Origin: an uncultured Gammaproteobacteria bacterium
Lineage (GTDB): Bacteria > Patescibacteriota > Microgenomatia > Levybacterales > UBA12049
Assembly: GCA_964507055.1 (NCBI GenBank)
Contig: CAZDOJ010000001.1
Location: forward strand, 141,210-205,209
DNA length: 64,000 nucleotides
Direction of reading: 5' to 3'
Part shown: positions 18,560-27,633 of the stretch, one piece after another
Layout: every line of letters starts with the position of its first letter
How positions within the stretch are numbered: the stretch's first letter is position 1
Notes under the pieces: model-generated
Database searches by the model: none
Seen by the model: only the letters and a program-made list of their open reading frames with translations
Told to the model about the DNA's origin: nothing
Made by a program: the position numbers and the translations under genes

Positions 18560-19173
18560 TGTATACTCTTAGATTGAATTACAGAAAATTCTTAGTAGTT
18601 ATTTTAGGCTTTACTCTAACTGGTATAACTATTTATATCTTAATTTTTTTGCATGTTGCATTAAAAGCCGAAATAGATTCAAAGACAAAATCAGATGCAA
18701 TACTTGTTTTGGGTGCTCGTTCGTACATTGATGGGAAATATAATCCTTGTCTTGAAGCAAGAGTTACACACGCAGCAGAACTCTATAAAAATGGTTATGC
18801 TTCCAAGATAATCGTCACTGGCGGCGATGATAAAGAAGATCGTGTAAATGAAGCAGAGACCATGAAGAAAATTGCTGAAGAGAATGGAGTATTATCGAAA
18901 GATATTCTTATGGAAAAAGCCGCTACATCCACCTACGAAAATTTTATTTTGTCTCAAAGGATTATGGAGCAGAAAGGTTTGGGTTCGATTATCATCGTGT
19001 CTGAGCCATTTCATATCGCCCGTGCATCGTTAGTTGCTCAGAAGTTGAGGATTGCGTATACAGTCTCTCCTGCAATCGAAAGCTCATGCTGGCAACCCAA
19101 TAAATATTTCAGCAAATTCTTCTTCAAAGAACCTTTTGCGATATTAGTTTATAAGCTTCAAAACAAGTTCTGA
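18550..19173 (+). CDS. DUF218 (YdcF/ElyC/SanA-like) domain membrane protein
   Basis: AILVLGARSY...RVTHAAELYKNGYASKIIVTGG...STYENF motif set of DUF218; TGA stop. Confidence 0.7.
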   Translation: MFLVYTLRLNYRKFLVVILGFTLTGITIYILIFLHVALKAEIDSKTKSDAILVLGARSYIDGKYNPCLEARVTHAAELYKNGYASKIIVTGGDDKEDRVNEAETMKKIAEENGVLSKDILMEKAATSTYENFILSQRIMEQKGLGSIIIVSEPFHIARASLVAQKLRIAYTVSPAIESSCWQPNKYFSKFFFKEPFAILVYKLQNKF

Positions 19174-19216
19174 CTTACAGATTTCTTTCCGTTTAGCTAC
19201 CTGATATAATCCATAT

Positions 19217-20320
19217 ATGAATTTAAGTGTCGGTATCGTCGGTCTTCCAAACGTAGGTAAATCCACTTTGTTTAATGCTCTTCTCAAGAAGCAAGCGGCT
19301 TTGGCGGCTAATTATCCTTTTGCTACCATTGAGCCAAATGTCGGAGTTGTACCAGTCCCAGATCAGAGATTGATTAAACTTGGTGAAATAACCCGCGAAG
19401 AAGAGAAGATGTCTGAGCTTCCTCCATTAAAACCAGCATTGATCGAATTCGTCGATATTGCAGGACTTGTGAAAGGTGCTTCTGAAGGTGCTGGACTTGG
19501 TAACAAATTCCTTTCCCACATCCGTGAAGTAAAGATCATTTCTCATGTCGTCCGAGCTTTTGAGGATCCTGATGTTATTAAAGAGGGAGCTGTGGATCCG
19601 CAGGCTGATTATGAAGTAATTCAAGCAGAACTTATCATCGCCGATCTCCAAACAGTTGAAAAGCAGAAAGACTCGAAGGCGGTAAAAACTGATGTCAAGA
19701 AAAAGTCAGCGGTTGAGAAACTTATTAAGGGATTGAACGAAGGGAAAGCTGCACGAGATATCAATTTAACCGATGATGAGCAAGCATTTGCTCAGGAACT
19801 TTTTTTACTTTCCAACAAACCTGAAATTATCGTCCTCAATGTCTCAGAAGAGCAATATTCGCCAGAAGGAATTACTGAAGTCACCAAGAAGTTTGCAGAA
19901 CTTTTAAATCAACCAGAAGACAAATTAGTCGTGATCTGTGCCAAGATCGAGTCCGAGCTTGCGACACTTTCTGATGAAGAATCAAAAGAGTATTTAGCAG
20001 ATTTAGGATTGGAAGCGTCAGGGTTGGAAAGACTTATCCAAAAGGCATACAACAAATTAGGTTTGATTTCATTCCTCACAGCAGGGGAGAAGGAAGTCAA
20101 AGCATGGACTATTAAGAAAGAAACAGACGCCCCAAATGCAGCTGGTGCTATTCATACAGACTTTACGAAAAAGTTTATTAAGGCTGAGGTAATTAGTTTT
20201 GATGATTATGTCACAACAGGTGGACGCAAAAAGGTTAGGGAAGTGGGTAAAGCCCGTCTCGAAGGCCGTGACTATATCGTCCAAGATGGTGATATTATCG
20301 AATTCAAGATCGGTGCATAG
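19217..20320 (+). CDS. ychF: Ribosome-binding ATPase YchF (Obg-family GTPase)
   Basis: G1 [27 protein letters not shown]-terminal domain. Confidence 0.9.
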   Translation: MNLSVGIVGLPNVGKSTLFNALLKKQAALAANYPFATIEPNVGVVPVPDQRLIKLGEITREEEKMSELPPLKPALIEFVDIAGLVKGASEGAGLGNKFLSHIREVKIISHVVRAFEDPDVIKEGAVDPQADYEVIQAELIIADLQTVEKQKDSKAVKTDVKKKSAVEKLIKGLNEGKAARDINLTDDEQAFAQELFLLSNKPEIIVLNVSEEQYSPEGITEVTKKFAELLNQPEDKLVVICAKIESELATLSDEESKEYLADLGLEASGLERLIQKAYNKLGLISFLTAGEKEVKAWTIKKETDAPNAAGAIHTDFTKKFIKAEVISFDDYVTTGGRKKVREVGKARLEGRDYIVQDGDIIEFKIGA

Positions 20321-20373
20321 TCCCTCAAATTCCTCTTGATACTCCATAAGTCATGCTGTATGCTTAGGCTGAT

Positions 20374-21987
20374 ATGGCAGTAGAACGAATAGACTCACGA
20401 AGTGCACGAAGTCATAGAGCAAATAAGCTTAGAGAAGTGGCAGTCTCTCGACGAGAAAGGGAAGGTTCTGATACAACACCTTTGCCAACTGAACAAACGG
20501 ACCTCCCTGAAACAACGAATGCTGATGTATGGAAATCTCGTGCGAAAAAGGTTGCAGTGGTAGGTGGTATAACCGTAGCAGCATTGGCTCTTGGGAAATA
20601 TGCTTTTACTGATAAAGAAACTGGCAAACTCGATGCAGGGAAGATTGCCAAATCCTTGGGGAAAGCAGTGGCAGTTGGAGCAGGAGAAGGAGTTTCCGGA
20701 GTTGCAGGAATTACGGTCCGACATCATCGAGAATTGACGCATCGGAGTTTGGAATTATCAAAGGGTATACAAAAAGCAATTGATTTCGAGCAACGATCAC
20801 TTGGAGTTGCAGAACCATATACTTGGGCTTCAGTTCATAGAATTCATCATCAGATGGAAGACGCATCCCTTTTTCCTTTTTATCAATTACATCATGCGAT
20901 GCAAGAGGCTGAGAGTCGTGGGATAGAAGTTCCCGAGACATTTGCACAGCTTGATCCTTTCGTAAAACAATTTGATAGGAAAACAGTTGATTCGATTGGA
21001 AAATCTGTAGATGAACTTATTCAGGAACGTCTTGCAGATCCTCGATTAGGGGAGAAGCAATATAAAAAACCTACGTTTGAAGACGTAACTGATGATGAGC
21101 TTACTGCCATGCTTCATCCTACTGAACCACAGTATGCCTATATCCCTCTTGAAGAGCATGTGCGAAAAACGACTGAGGAAGCGTATTCTCAAGATGATAT
21201 CGCCAGATTATTGCTTACAGATCCTCATTCTCCCGCATTAGAACCTCGAAAAAATGGTGTCCAGGGAATTTTGATAGAAGGTATGCCACGATATCAAAAT
21301 CCGGCTGATATGTTCAGAGCGATTCCTCTTGTAAAACCCATCGATTTGCAACAGCCAGAGGATGAACTTTCACCAGAAGAAAGACGAATTAATAAAAAGA
21401 AGTATGTTGCAGCTGGCTTTGCTTTGAACGCTGGAGCATTTTTCCTTGCGAATAGAGATTTTTCTTTCAAAGGTGCTGCGAGAGCAATCCTCGAGGGAGC
21501 AGCTGCAAATGGTGCAAGAGCCGGTTTGGAAGTTTCCGGCGGAAACGTAACAAACTCGGCAGGGCATATGGGAGATCCTGTGCAAACAGAAATTGGAAGG
21601 GCATTTCTTAATAGGGAATACGAAATTAAATTAAAGGAAGATGGAACGATATCTACCAATACAGTAGGTAAAGGTATCTCCGGAAGAATGGCAAGCTGGG
21701 CAACGCTTGATGAAGTCGGGGGACAAGAAATTCATCATAAAAAACCATGGAAAATTAAATATACCAACGAAGAAGGAATACAAGCTGTTATCGAGGCTCC
21801 TTGGGGAAGTGCACTTGAATTCTTAGCAAAGTCGGAATGGTTTACAAAAATTAAAGAAGGAGCTGGTTTTGGTGAGACATCTCGTCCTGATGTTGCCCAT
21901 CCTGCAGTTAAAATGCTCCAAGCAGAGCGTGCCAAGCAATATGTCTTAGATCATATCGATGACGAAACCGTGGTATTTAACGGATAA
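20374..21987 (+). CDS. Divergent membrane fatty-acid desaturase-like protein (three His boxes at SCD-like spacing, atypical hydrophilic body)
   Basis: HRELTHRS (res 118-126) vs SCD HRLWSHRSY; WASVHRIHHQ (155-160) vs WARDHRAHHK, 37-aa spacing identical to stearoyl-CoA desaturase; distal QEIHHKKP resembles QxxHH third box; only 2-3 hydrophobic segments. Confidence 0.5.
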   Translation: MAVERIDSRSARSHRANKLREVAVSRREREGSDTTPLPTEQTDLPETTNADVWKSRAKKVAVVGGITVAALALGKYAFTDKETGKLDAGKIAKSLGKAVAVGAGEGVSGVAGITVRHHRELTHRSLELSKGIQKAIDFEQRSLGVAEPYTWASVHRIHHQMEDASLFPFYQLHHAMQEAESRGIEVPETFAQLDPFVKQFDRKTVDSIGKSVDELIQERLADPRLGEKQYKKPTFEDVTDDELTAMLHPTEPQYAYIPLEEHVRKTTEEAYSQDDIARLLLTDPHSPALEPRKNGVQGILIEGMPRYQNPADMFRAIPLVKPIDLQQPEDELSPEERRINKKKYVAAGFALNAGAFFLANRDFSFKGAARAILEGAAANGARAGLEVSGGNVTNSAGHMGDPVQTEIGRAFLNREYEIKLKEDGTISTNTVGKGISGRMASWATLDEVGGQEIHHKKPWKIKYTNEEGIQAVIEAPWGSALEFLAKSEWFTKIKEGAGFGETSRPDVAHPAVKMLQAERAKQYVLDHIDDETVVFNG

Positions 21988-22011
21988 ATCATGCAATCTC
22001 TATATTCCCAC

Positions 22012-22041
22012 TTGAGTTCAAACTTAAACCTGTGGTACAAT
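22012..22041 (+). promoter_or_regulatory. Putative sigma-70-type promoter for rpsF (TTGAGT-18-TGgTACAAT), apparently leaderless
   Basis: Extended -10 TGGTACAAT ends 7 nt before the rpsF ATG. Confidence 0.35.
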
Positions 22042-22048
22042 AGCATCC

Positions 22049-22363
22049 ATGAGAACTTACGAATTGGCATTGGTTTTACGTCCATCACTCAAAGAAGCAG
22101 ATCGAAAGAAACTTCTTGAAACCATCAAAGATTGGTTGGGTAAAGTAAAAATTGCAAAAGAAAACGATTGGGGTCAAAAAGCTTTGGCATATCCAATCAA
22201 AAAAGAAGACGCAGGATATTACTTGATGTTAGAACTTGAAGTCGAAGATCCAAAGGTTTTGGCTAAAGAAAAGAATATCAAAAGTGGATTGCCAGAAGAT
22301 TTTGAACAAAGAGTATTACGAACAGATAGTGTTTTAAGGCATTTGTTATTAAGAACTAAATAA
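22049..22363 (+). CDS. rpsF: 30S ribosomal protein S6
   Basis: MRTYELALVLRPSL... canonical bS6. Confidence 0.85.
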   Translation: MRTYELALVLRPSLKEADRKKLLETIKDWLGKVKIAKENDWGQKALAYPIKKEDAGYYLMLELEVEDPKVLAKEKNIKSGLPEDFEQRVLRTDSVLRHLLLRTK

Positions 22364-22851
22364 TGGCCAGAAGTTTAAATAGAGTACAATTAATAGGAAA
22401 TCTCACACGTGATCCGGAGTTGCGATATACCCCGGCTGGAAATGCGGTTTGTACTTTTGGTTTGGCTACCAATAGATCTTGGACAACAGATGCAGGTGAG
22501 AAAAGAGAAGAAGTAGACTTTCACAGGATTGTGGCTTGGAACAAATTGGCTGAATTATGTAGTCAATTCTTAGTTAAGGGTCGCAAAGTCTATGTCGAAG
22601 GAAGACTTTCTACTCGTAACTGGACAGCTCAGGATGGAGCTCAGAAATCTACAACAGAAGTTGTAATTGATGATATGATCCTTCTTGATAACAAAGGCGG
22701 TTCAGGAGCAGGAGAAAATCAACCAGAAGAACAGTTCAATCCTGAAGAAGAAGCAAAGCCAGCGGCAAAAAAGCCAGAAGCTAAGCATGAAGAAGCTCCT
22801 TCATCAAACAGTAAAGAAGATGAAGTCGCACCGGATGATATACCTTTTTAA
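22363..22851 (+). CDS. ssb: Single-stranded DNA-binding protein
   Basis: OB-fold LIGNLTRDPELRYTPAGNAVCTFGLATNR, acidic C-terminal tail ending DDIPF. Confidence 0.85.
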   Translation: MARSLNRVQLIGNLTRDPELRYTPAGNAVCTFGLATNRSWTTDAGEKREEVDFHRIVAWNKLAELCSQFLVKGRKVYVEGRLSTRNWTAQDGAQKSTTEVVIDDMILLDNKGGSGAGENQPEEQFNPEEEAKPAAKKPEAKHEEAPSSNSKEDEVAPDDIPF

Positions 22852-22867
22852 GGTTTAATATAAAAAT

Positions 22868-23110
22868 ATGGCAGAAAAGAAAAGATTACCAAAGAAGAAG
22901 ATAGTTGTACCAAAGACATGTTATTTCTGTACAGAAAAGAAGACACCTTGGTATTCAGATACAGCAAGTTTGCAAAAATTTGTAACTGATCGCGGCAAAA
23001 TCATTGTCCGAACTCGATCAGGACTTTGTGCGAAGCATCAACGCAGAGTAACTACAGCTATCAAGAATGCACGACATTTAGCATTGATGGCGTTTGTTAA
23101 CCGCACATAA
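22868..23110 (+). CDS. rpsR: 30S ribosomal protein S18
   Basis: CYFCTEKKTPWYSD...RGKIIVRTRSGLCAKHQR. Confidence 0.85.
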   Translation: MAEKKRLPKKKIVVPKTCYFCTEKKTPWYSDTASLQKFVTDRGKIIVRTRSGLCAKHQRRVTTAIKNARHLALMAFVNRT

Positions 23111-23171
23111 TTTTCCTCTCAAACAGTTTTCCTAATAGAAAAACTCAGCAAAAACATGCTACAGTTATAGT

Positions 23172-23939
23172 ATGATATCTTTGCCCATACCTCTCCCGAA
23201 GGGATATGTATGTATTGTTGATACAGGTGACCGTATCACTGCTGGGCAAATTCTTGCTCAAACCTCTGGACCCAATGAGGAATTCGTGAATGTTCCTGAA
23301 CACCTCGGCGTTTCGCTCTCAAAAGCTCCCAAATATATTAAGAAAAATCCAGGAGATGCTATCGAAGAAGGGGATACTATTGCAATCCGTAAAGATTTTT
23401 TTGGGAAAACAAAGGCTGCAATCATAAGTGAAGTTGCTGGTACTGTTATTAGATACGAAAGAAATACTGGTAATTTGGTCGTAACGACAGGCGAAACCGA
23501 GAATAAAGGTGATGTTATTTCCCCGGTTGATGGCATGGTTGAATTGTGTAATAATAAAGAAATTGTGATCCATACTGGTAACGCAGTTATCGGTACACGA
23601 GTAGTTGCAGGATCAAGAGGAGAGGGCGAATTAACGATTATGAAAGCATCGTTTAATGAAACTTCGCCCCAAAATGTATTATTCTTTCTCGATAAACAAG
23701 TTGCAGGAAAGATAGTCCTAGGAGATACATTTACACGAGACGTAATTATAAAAGGATCAACAATTGGTGCCGCAGGGTTTATCGCAAAAAGTATCCCTGA
23801 CAGTGATATTGATTATCTTCAAGATAAAAATATTTCCATTCCGGTAATAGAAGTCGATGAAGAATCAATCGCAAAATTAAAAAAGCTCGATGGGGAAAAA
23901 GTCGTTATTGATCCCCAAGCAAAAATCATTTTATTTTAA
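23172..23939 (+). CDS. Hypothetical protein with repetitive Gly/Val/Ile beta-strand motifs (possible beta-helix/bactofilin-like fold)
   Basis: Occupies the position normally taken by rplI after rpsR; repeated GDxI..G motifs; no confident family. Confidence 0.4.
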   Translation: MISLPIPLPKGYVCIVDTGDRITAGQILAQTSGPNEEFVNVPEHLGVSLSKAPKYIKKNPGDAIEEGDTIAIRKDFFGKTKAAIISEVAGTVIRYERNTGNLVVTTGETENKGDVISPVDGMVELCNNKEIVIHTGNAVIGTRVVAGSRGEGELTIMKASFNETSPQNVLFFLDKQVAGKIVLGDTFTRDVIIKGSTIGAAGFIAKSIPDSDIDYLQDKNISIPVIEVDEESIAKLKKLDGEKVVIDPQAKIILF

Positions 23940-23940
23940 T

Positions 23941-25224
23941 ATGTTGAAATCAGAAAAGCTTCGAATTGTTTTACTCGTTCTTATCGCAGGTTTTATCGGA
24001 TATTACCTCGGTGTTAGTAAAGTGGCATTTGCATGGGATAACTTCAAACCCCACATAGAAATTTCTAGCAAAGAACCTCCACCAAGTCTTCAGACTGGGG
24101 ACGCAAGTATGCTTTGGCAGGTATTAGCAAAGATTGAAGCAACATATTATGACAAGGAAGCGATTACTGCTGACAAAATCATGAATGGTGCGATTCAGGG
24201 AATGGTGAGTAGCTTAGATGATCCGTATACCGTATATCTTCCTCCACAACAAAATGATGATTTCAAGCAAAGCATGGCTGGAAAATTTGAAGGTATTGGT
24301 GCCGAGCTAGGATTAAAAGACAAAAATATCATTGTTGTCTCTCCAATTGATGGCAGTCCAGCTAAAAAAGCTGGTATTAAAGCTGGAGATTTGATCGTCA
24401 AAGTAAATGGACAATATATAAGCGGACTGACATTAAATCAAGTTGTTGAAAAGATTCGTGGTCCAAAGGGAACAGAAGTAATTCTTAATATTCAGCAAAA
24501 GGCAGGAGAAGAACCAAAAGATATAAAGATTGTTCGTGATGAAATTACAGTGAAGAGTCTTACCACTTGGACAAAGAAAGTGAAAGATATTGAAGGTATC
24601 AAGAAAGATGCACAAGGTATTGCAGGTGGGGCAGAGAATAAAGTTATTTACGTTCGATTATCTCAATTTGGTGATAGTACCAATGAAGAATGGACAAATG
24701 TAGCAAGTTCGATTCGAAAGCAGCTTGATGCAGATAAAACAATTAAAGGAATCGTCTTTGATTTGCGAAACAATCCAGGCGGATATCTCAATGATGCCGT
24801 CTATATTGAATCAGAATTTGTTCCATCAGGTACAGCTGTACAACAGGAAGATAAGAATAAAAAGAGGACACCGTATCCAGTTTCAGGTAAAGGTGTCCTT
24901 ACCGATGTTCCTGTCGTTGTCCTTATTAACAAAGGATCAGCTTCTGCGAGTGAAATTGTAGCAGGTGGTCTTAAAGATAACGGCCGAGCGACATTAGTGG
25001 GAGACAAATCATTTGGTAAAGGGACAATTCAACAGGCTGAAGACCTTGGCGGTGGTGCAGGTTTGCACGTCACAATTGCGAAATGGCTTACACCAAATGG
25101 TACGTGGGTTGGGAATGGAAAAGATGGTCAAGGTTTAACACCTGATGTTCTCGTCCAAGTTGATAAAGAAGATCCAGCACATGATATCCAACTTGAAAAA
25201 GCAGTTGCAGAATTGCTAAAATAA
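23941..25224 (+). CDS. S41-family C-terminal processing peptidase (CtpA-like) with PDZ domain
   Basis: ATG 2 nt after previous stop; N-terminal TM; PDZ (SPIDGSPAKKAGIKAGDLIVKVNG); GIVFDLRNNPGGYL; catalytic SASASE...K region. Confidence 0.8.
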   Translation: MLKSEKLRIVLLVLIAGFIGYYLGVSKVAFAWDNFKPHIEISSKEPPPSLQTGDASMLWQVLAKIEATYYDKEAITADKIMNGAIQGMVSSLDDPYTVYLPPQQNDDFKQSMAGKFEGIGAELGLKDKNIIVVSPIDGSPAKKAGIKAGDLIVKVNGQYISGLTLNQVVEKIRGPKGTEVILNIQQKAGEEPKDIKIVRDEITVKSLTTWTKKVKDIEGIKKDAQGIAGGAENKVIYVRLSQFGDSTNEEWTNVASSIRKQLDADKTIKGIVFDLRNNPGGYLNDAVYIESEFVPSGTAVQQEDKNKKRTPYPVSGKGVLTDVPVVVLINKGSASASEIVAGGLKDNGRATLVGDKSFGKGTIQQAEDLGGGAGLHVTIAKWLTPNGTWVGNGKDGQGLTPDVLVQVDKEDPAHDIQLEKAVAELLK

Positions 25225-25300
25225 CCCCAAAAGAGTAAGCTCTCTTTGTTTCAGTGATTCTTAAGCACTATTTAAGAATTTAGTATAACAATTAGCTATT

Positions 25301-26452
25301 ATGCGTAGATTAATTCTTCTAATATTTGTTTTAATAGGTGTTCTTTTTCTTATCAATGCGGCACAAACTCATCTGCCAGCACTTCTTAAAATTGATCCCG
25401 CCAAATTTACTCCAGCACCACAAGTTAATAATAATGTTCGAGTTGTTACAGAAGAATCAGTAACAATTGATATTGTTAAAAAGTTTGGACCTTCAGTAGT
25501 GACAGTTGCAGAAGCTCGTAGTGCACCAAGTCAGCAATCTCCATTTAATTTCGAACCATTTTTTAATCAACCTGATGAAGAAGATCAACCAGATCAGCCG
25601 CAAAGTATCGGTTCCGGATTTATCATCGGTAATGAAGGACTTGTGGTTACTAATAAGCATGTTGTTTCGGACACAAATGGTGAGTATAAGATCATTACAA
25701 ATAATGAAAAAGAGTATGACGTAAAGCGTATTTATCGAGATCCACTCAATGATATTGCACTGCTACAAATTGATCTGAATCAAAATCCAGGTAATACATT
25801 GAAGGTATTGGAACTAGGAGATTCCTCAAAATTACAGGCGGGACAATACGTTGCAGCAATTGGAACATCGCTGGGTGAATTTCGTAATAGTGTTACTACG
25901 GGCGTTATCTCTGGTTTAGGTCGTGGTATTACCGCAGGAAGTCCTTATGAAGGCTCTGTAGAACGCTTAGATAATGTTATCCAGACCGATGCTGCAATAA
26001 ATCCTGGAAACAGTGGAGGACCACTCTTTAACTCTTCAGGTCAGGTAATTGGGGTAAATACAGCTGTCTCAGCGAGCGGACAAAATATCGGTTTTGCTAT
26101 TCCTATTAATATCATTAAAGACTCTTTAACAAACTTCAATCAAACAGGACAATTTGATAGACCGTACCTTGGAGTATCCTACAGAATTGTTTCACAAGAT
26201 CTTGCGAAACTAAATGATGTCCCTGAAGGTGCATATGTACAAGATGTTATTCAAGGATCCTCTGCAGAAGAAGCAGGAATTCAACGTGGGGACATTCTTA
26301 CCAAGATTGATGGACAAGCTGTCAATGAATCAACACCATTGTCAGCACTCATTGCGAAGAAAAAAATTGGCGACATTATAAAGATTACATTGGTTCGCGA
26401 TAACCAATCTCAAGATGTTGAAGCAGCATTAAAAGTGGCACCTGAAGAATAA
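25301..26452 (+). CDS. HtrA/DegP-family serine protease (trypsin-like domain + PDZ)
   Basis: GSGFIIGNEGLVVTNKHVV (His), DIALLQID (Asp), GNSGGPLF (Ser), C-terminal PDZ. Confidence 0.8.
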   Translation: MRRLILLIFVLIGVLFLINAAQTHLPALLKIDPAKFTPAPQVNNNVRVVTEESVTIDIVKKFGPSVVTVAEARSAPSQQSPFNFEPFFNQPDEEDQPDQPQSIGSGFIIGNEGLVVTNKHVVSDTNGEYKIITNNEKEYDVKRIYRDPLNDIALLQIDLNQNPGNTLKVLELGDSSKLQAGQYVAAIGTSLGEFRNSVTTGVISGLGRGITAGSPYEGSVERLDNVIQTDAAINPGNSGGPLFNSSGQVIGVNTAVSASGQNIGFAIPINIIKDSLTNFNQTGQFDRPYLGVSYRIVSQDLAKLNDVPEGAYVQDVIQGSSAEEAGIQRGDILTKIDGQAVNESTPLSALIAKKKIGDIIKITLVRDNQSQDVEAALKVAPEE

Positions 26453-26538
26453 TTTGCATCATAAGAATTTATTTGGCTTGCAAACTAAGTCAAAATGCCT
26501 CTTGCAAAAACAATCCGGATCAGTTTATAATAAAACAC

Positions 26539-27345
26539 ATGGCAACACGATCAACGAAAAAGTCTACAACAAAGAAGACAACGACTGCACCAGCAGCAAA
26601 AGCAGCACCAGTAAAGTCTACAGCTAAGAGAACATCAAGACCATCTCGTTCTACAGCAAGAGCAGCATCTTCAAAAGCAACAGTGGCTACATCAGCACCA
26701 GTTGAAAAACAAGAAACAAGAACAGCATCTACTTCAACAAGTACAGCAGCTAAAAAGCCAACAACAGTGAAAAAGTCATACATCGCACTTATCGCTGTAA
26801 TCCTTCTCGTTGGAGCAGCACTATATTACTTCCGAGGATTATTTGTTGCAGCAGTTGTTAATGGTCAACCAATCAGTCGACTTGAAGTTGTTCGCCAAAC
26901 AGAACAACAAAGTGGAAAGCAAACATTGGACACATTGGTCAGAAATGCTTTAATTGAACAAAAAGCGAAGCAACAAAATGTAACAGTAAGTGATCAAGAA
27001 ATTAATGATGAAATCAAAAAATTAAATGATAATCTTTCAAAGCAAGGCCAAAATCTTGATCAAGTTTTGCAAGCACAAGGTATGACACAAGATGATTTGA
27101 AGAAACTTATTCGATTAGACAAATTAGTTTCAAAGATGGTCGGTAAAGATGTAAAAGTTACTGACGAAGAAGTAAATGCGTATATCGAACAAAATAAAGA
27201 CGCTCTTCCACAAGAAACAAATGAAGACGAATTAAAGAAGCAGGTTACAGAACAATTGAAGCAACAGAAGACAAATGAAAAAGTACGAACTTGGTTAGCT
27301 GATCTTCAAAAAGAAGCAAACGTACTTTACTTCGTTCAATATTAA
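26539..27345 (+). CDS. Membrane-anchored SurA-N-like/PpiD-like chaperone-domain protein with basic Thr/Ala/Lys-rich N-terminus
   Basis: Low-complexity basic N-term, one TM, then VNGQPISRLEVVRQ...LDTLVRNALIEQKAKQ resembling SurA N-terminal chaperone domain; adjacent to HtrA and CtpA. Confidence 0.5.
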   Translation: MATRSTKKSTTKKTTTAPAAKAAPVKSTAKRTSRPSRSTARAASSKATVATSAPVEKQETRTASTSTSTAAKKPTTVKKSYIALIAVILLVGAALYYFRGLFVAAVVNGQPISRLEVVRQTEQQSGKQTLDTLVRNALIEQKAKQQNVTVSDQEINDEIKKLNDNLSKQGQNLDQVLQAQGMTQDDLKKLIRLDKLVSKMVGKDVKVTDEEVNAYIEQNKDALPQETNEDELKKQVTEQLKQQKTNEKVRTWLADLQKEANVLYFVQY

Positions 27346-27465
27346 ATCTCAGCAGGACTACACAATCCGTTTTCACAAGTAATATTTCCCCTTGACAACC
27401 TATACTGTTGATACTGTACTATGGATATAGATACAAAGACTTTTCACAGAAAGTGGGTGATGGTA

Positions 27466-27629
27466 TGAAGAAAACAGTTAAGAAATCAGCAAAGACATCA
27501 AAAGCAAAAACTACAAAACGAAAGGGTGCCATTCATACTGCACTTTACGCAACAGAACATGATTTTATTATCATTGCTGGTGGGGGATTAGTCGTTTTGA
27601 TGTTGACAGTCTTCTTATTCCTTCAATAA
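27466..27629 (+). CDS. Small basic membrane protein (54 aa, C-terminal TM)
   Basis: ATG with GGGTGA SD-like; MKKTVKKSAKTSKAKTTKRKG then TM; upstream TTGACA..TACTAT promoter-like elements (27392-27422). Confidence 0.3.
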
Positions 27630-27633
27630 TCTT

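Noticed and set aside
19171-19173. Possibility of UGA codon reassignment (as in some small-genome lineages)
   Set aside because: TGA terminates the DUF218 gene cleanly at its expected C-terminus, and no conserved protein needs read-through of TGA. The standard code is assumed.
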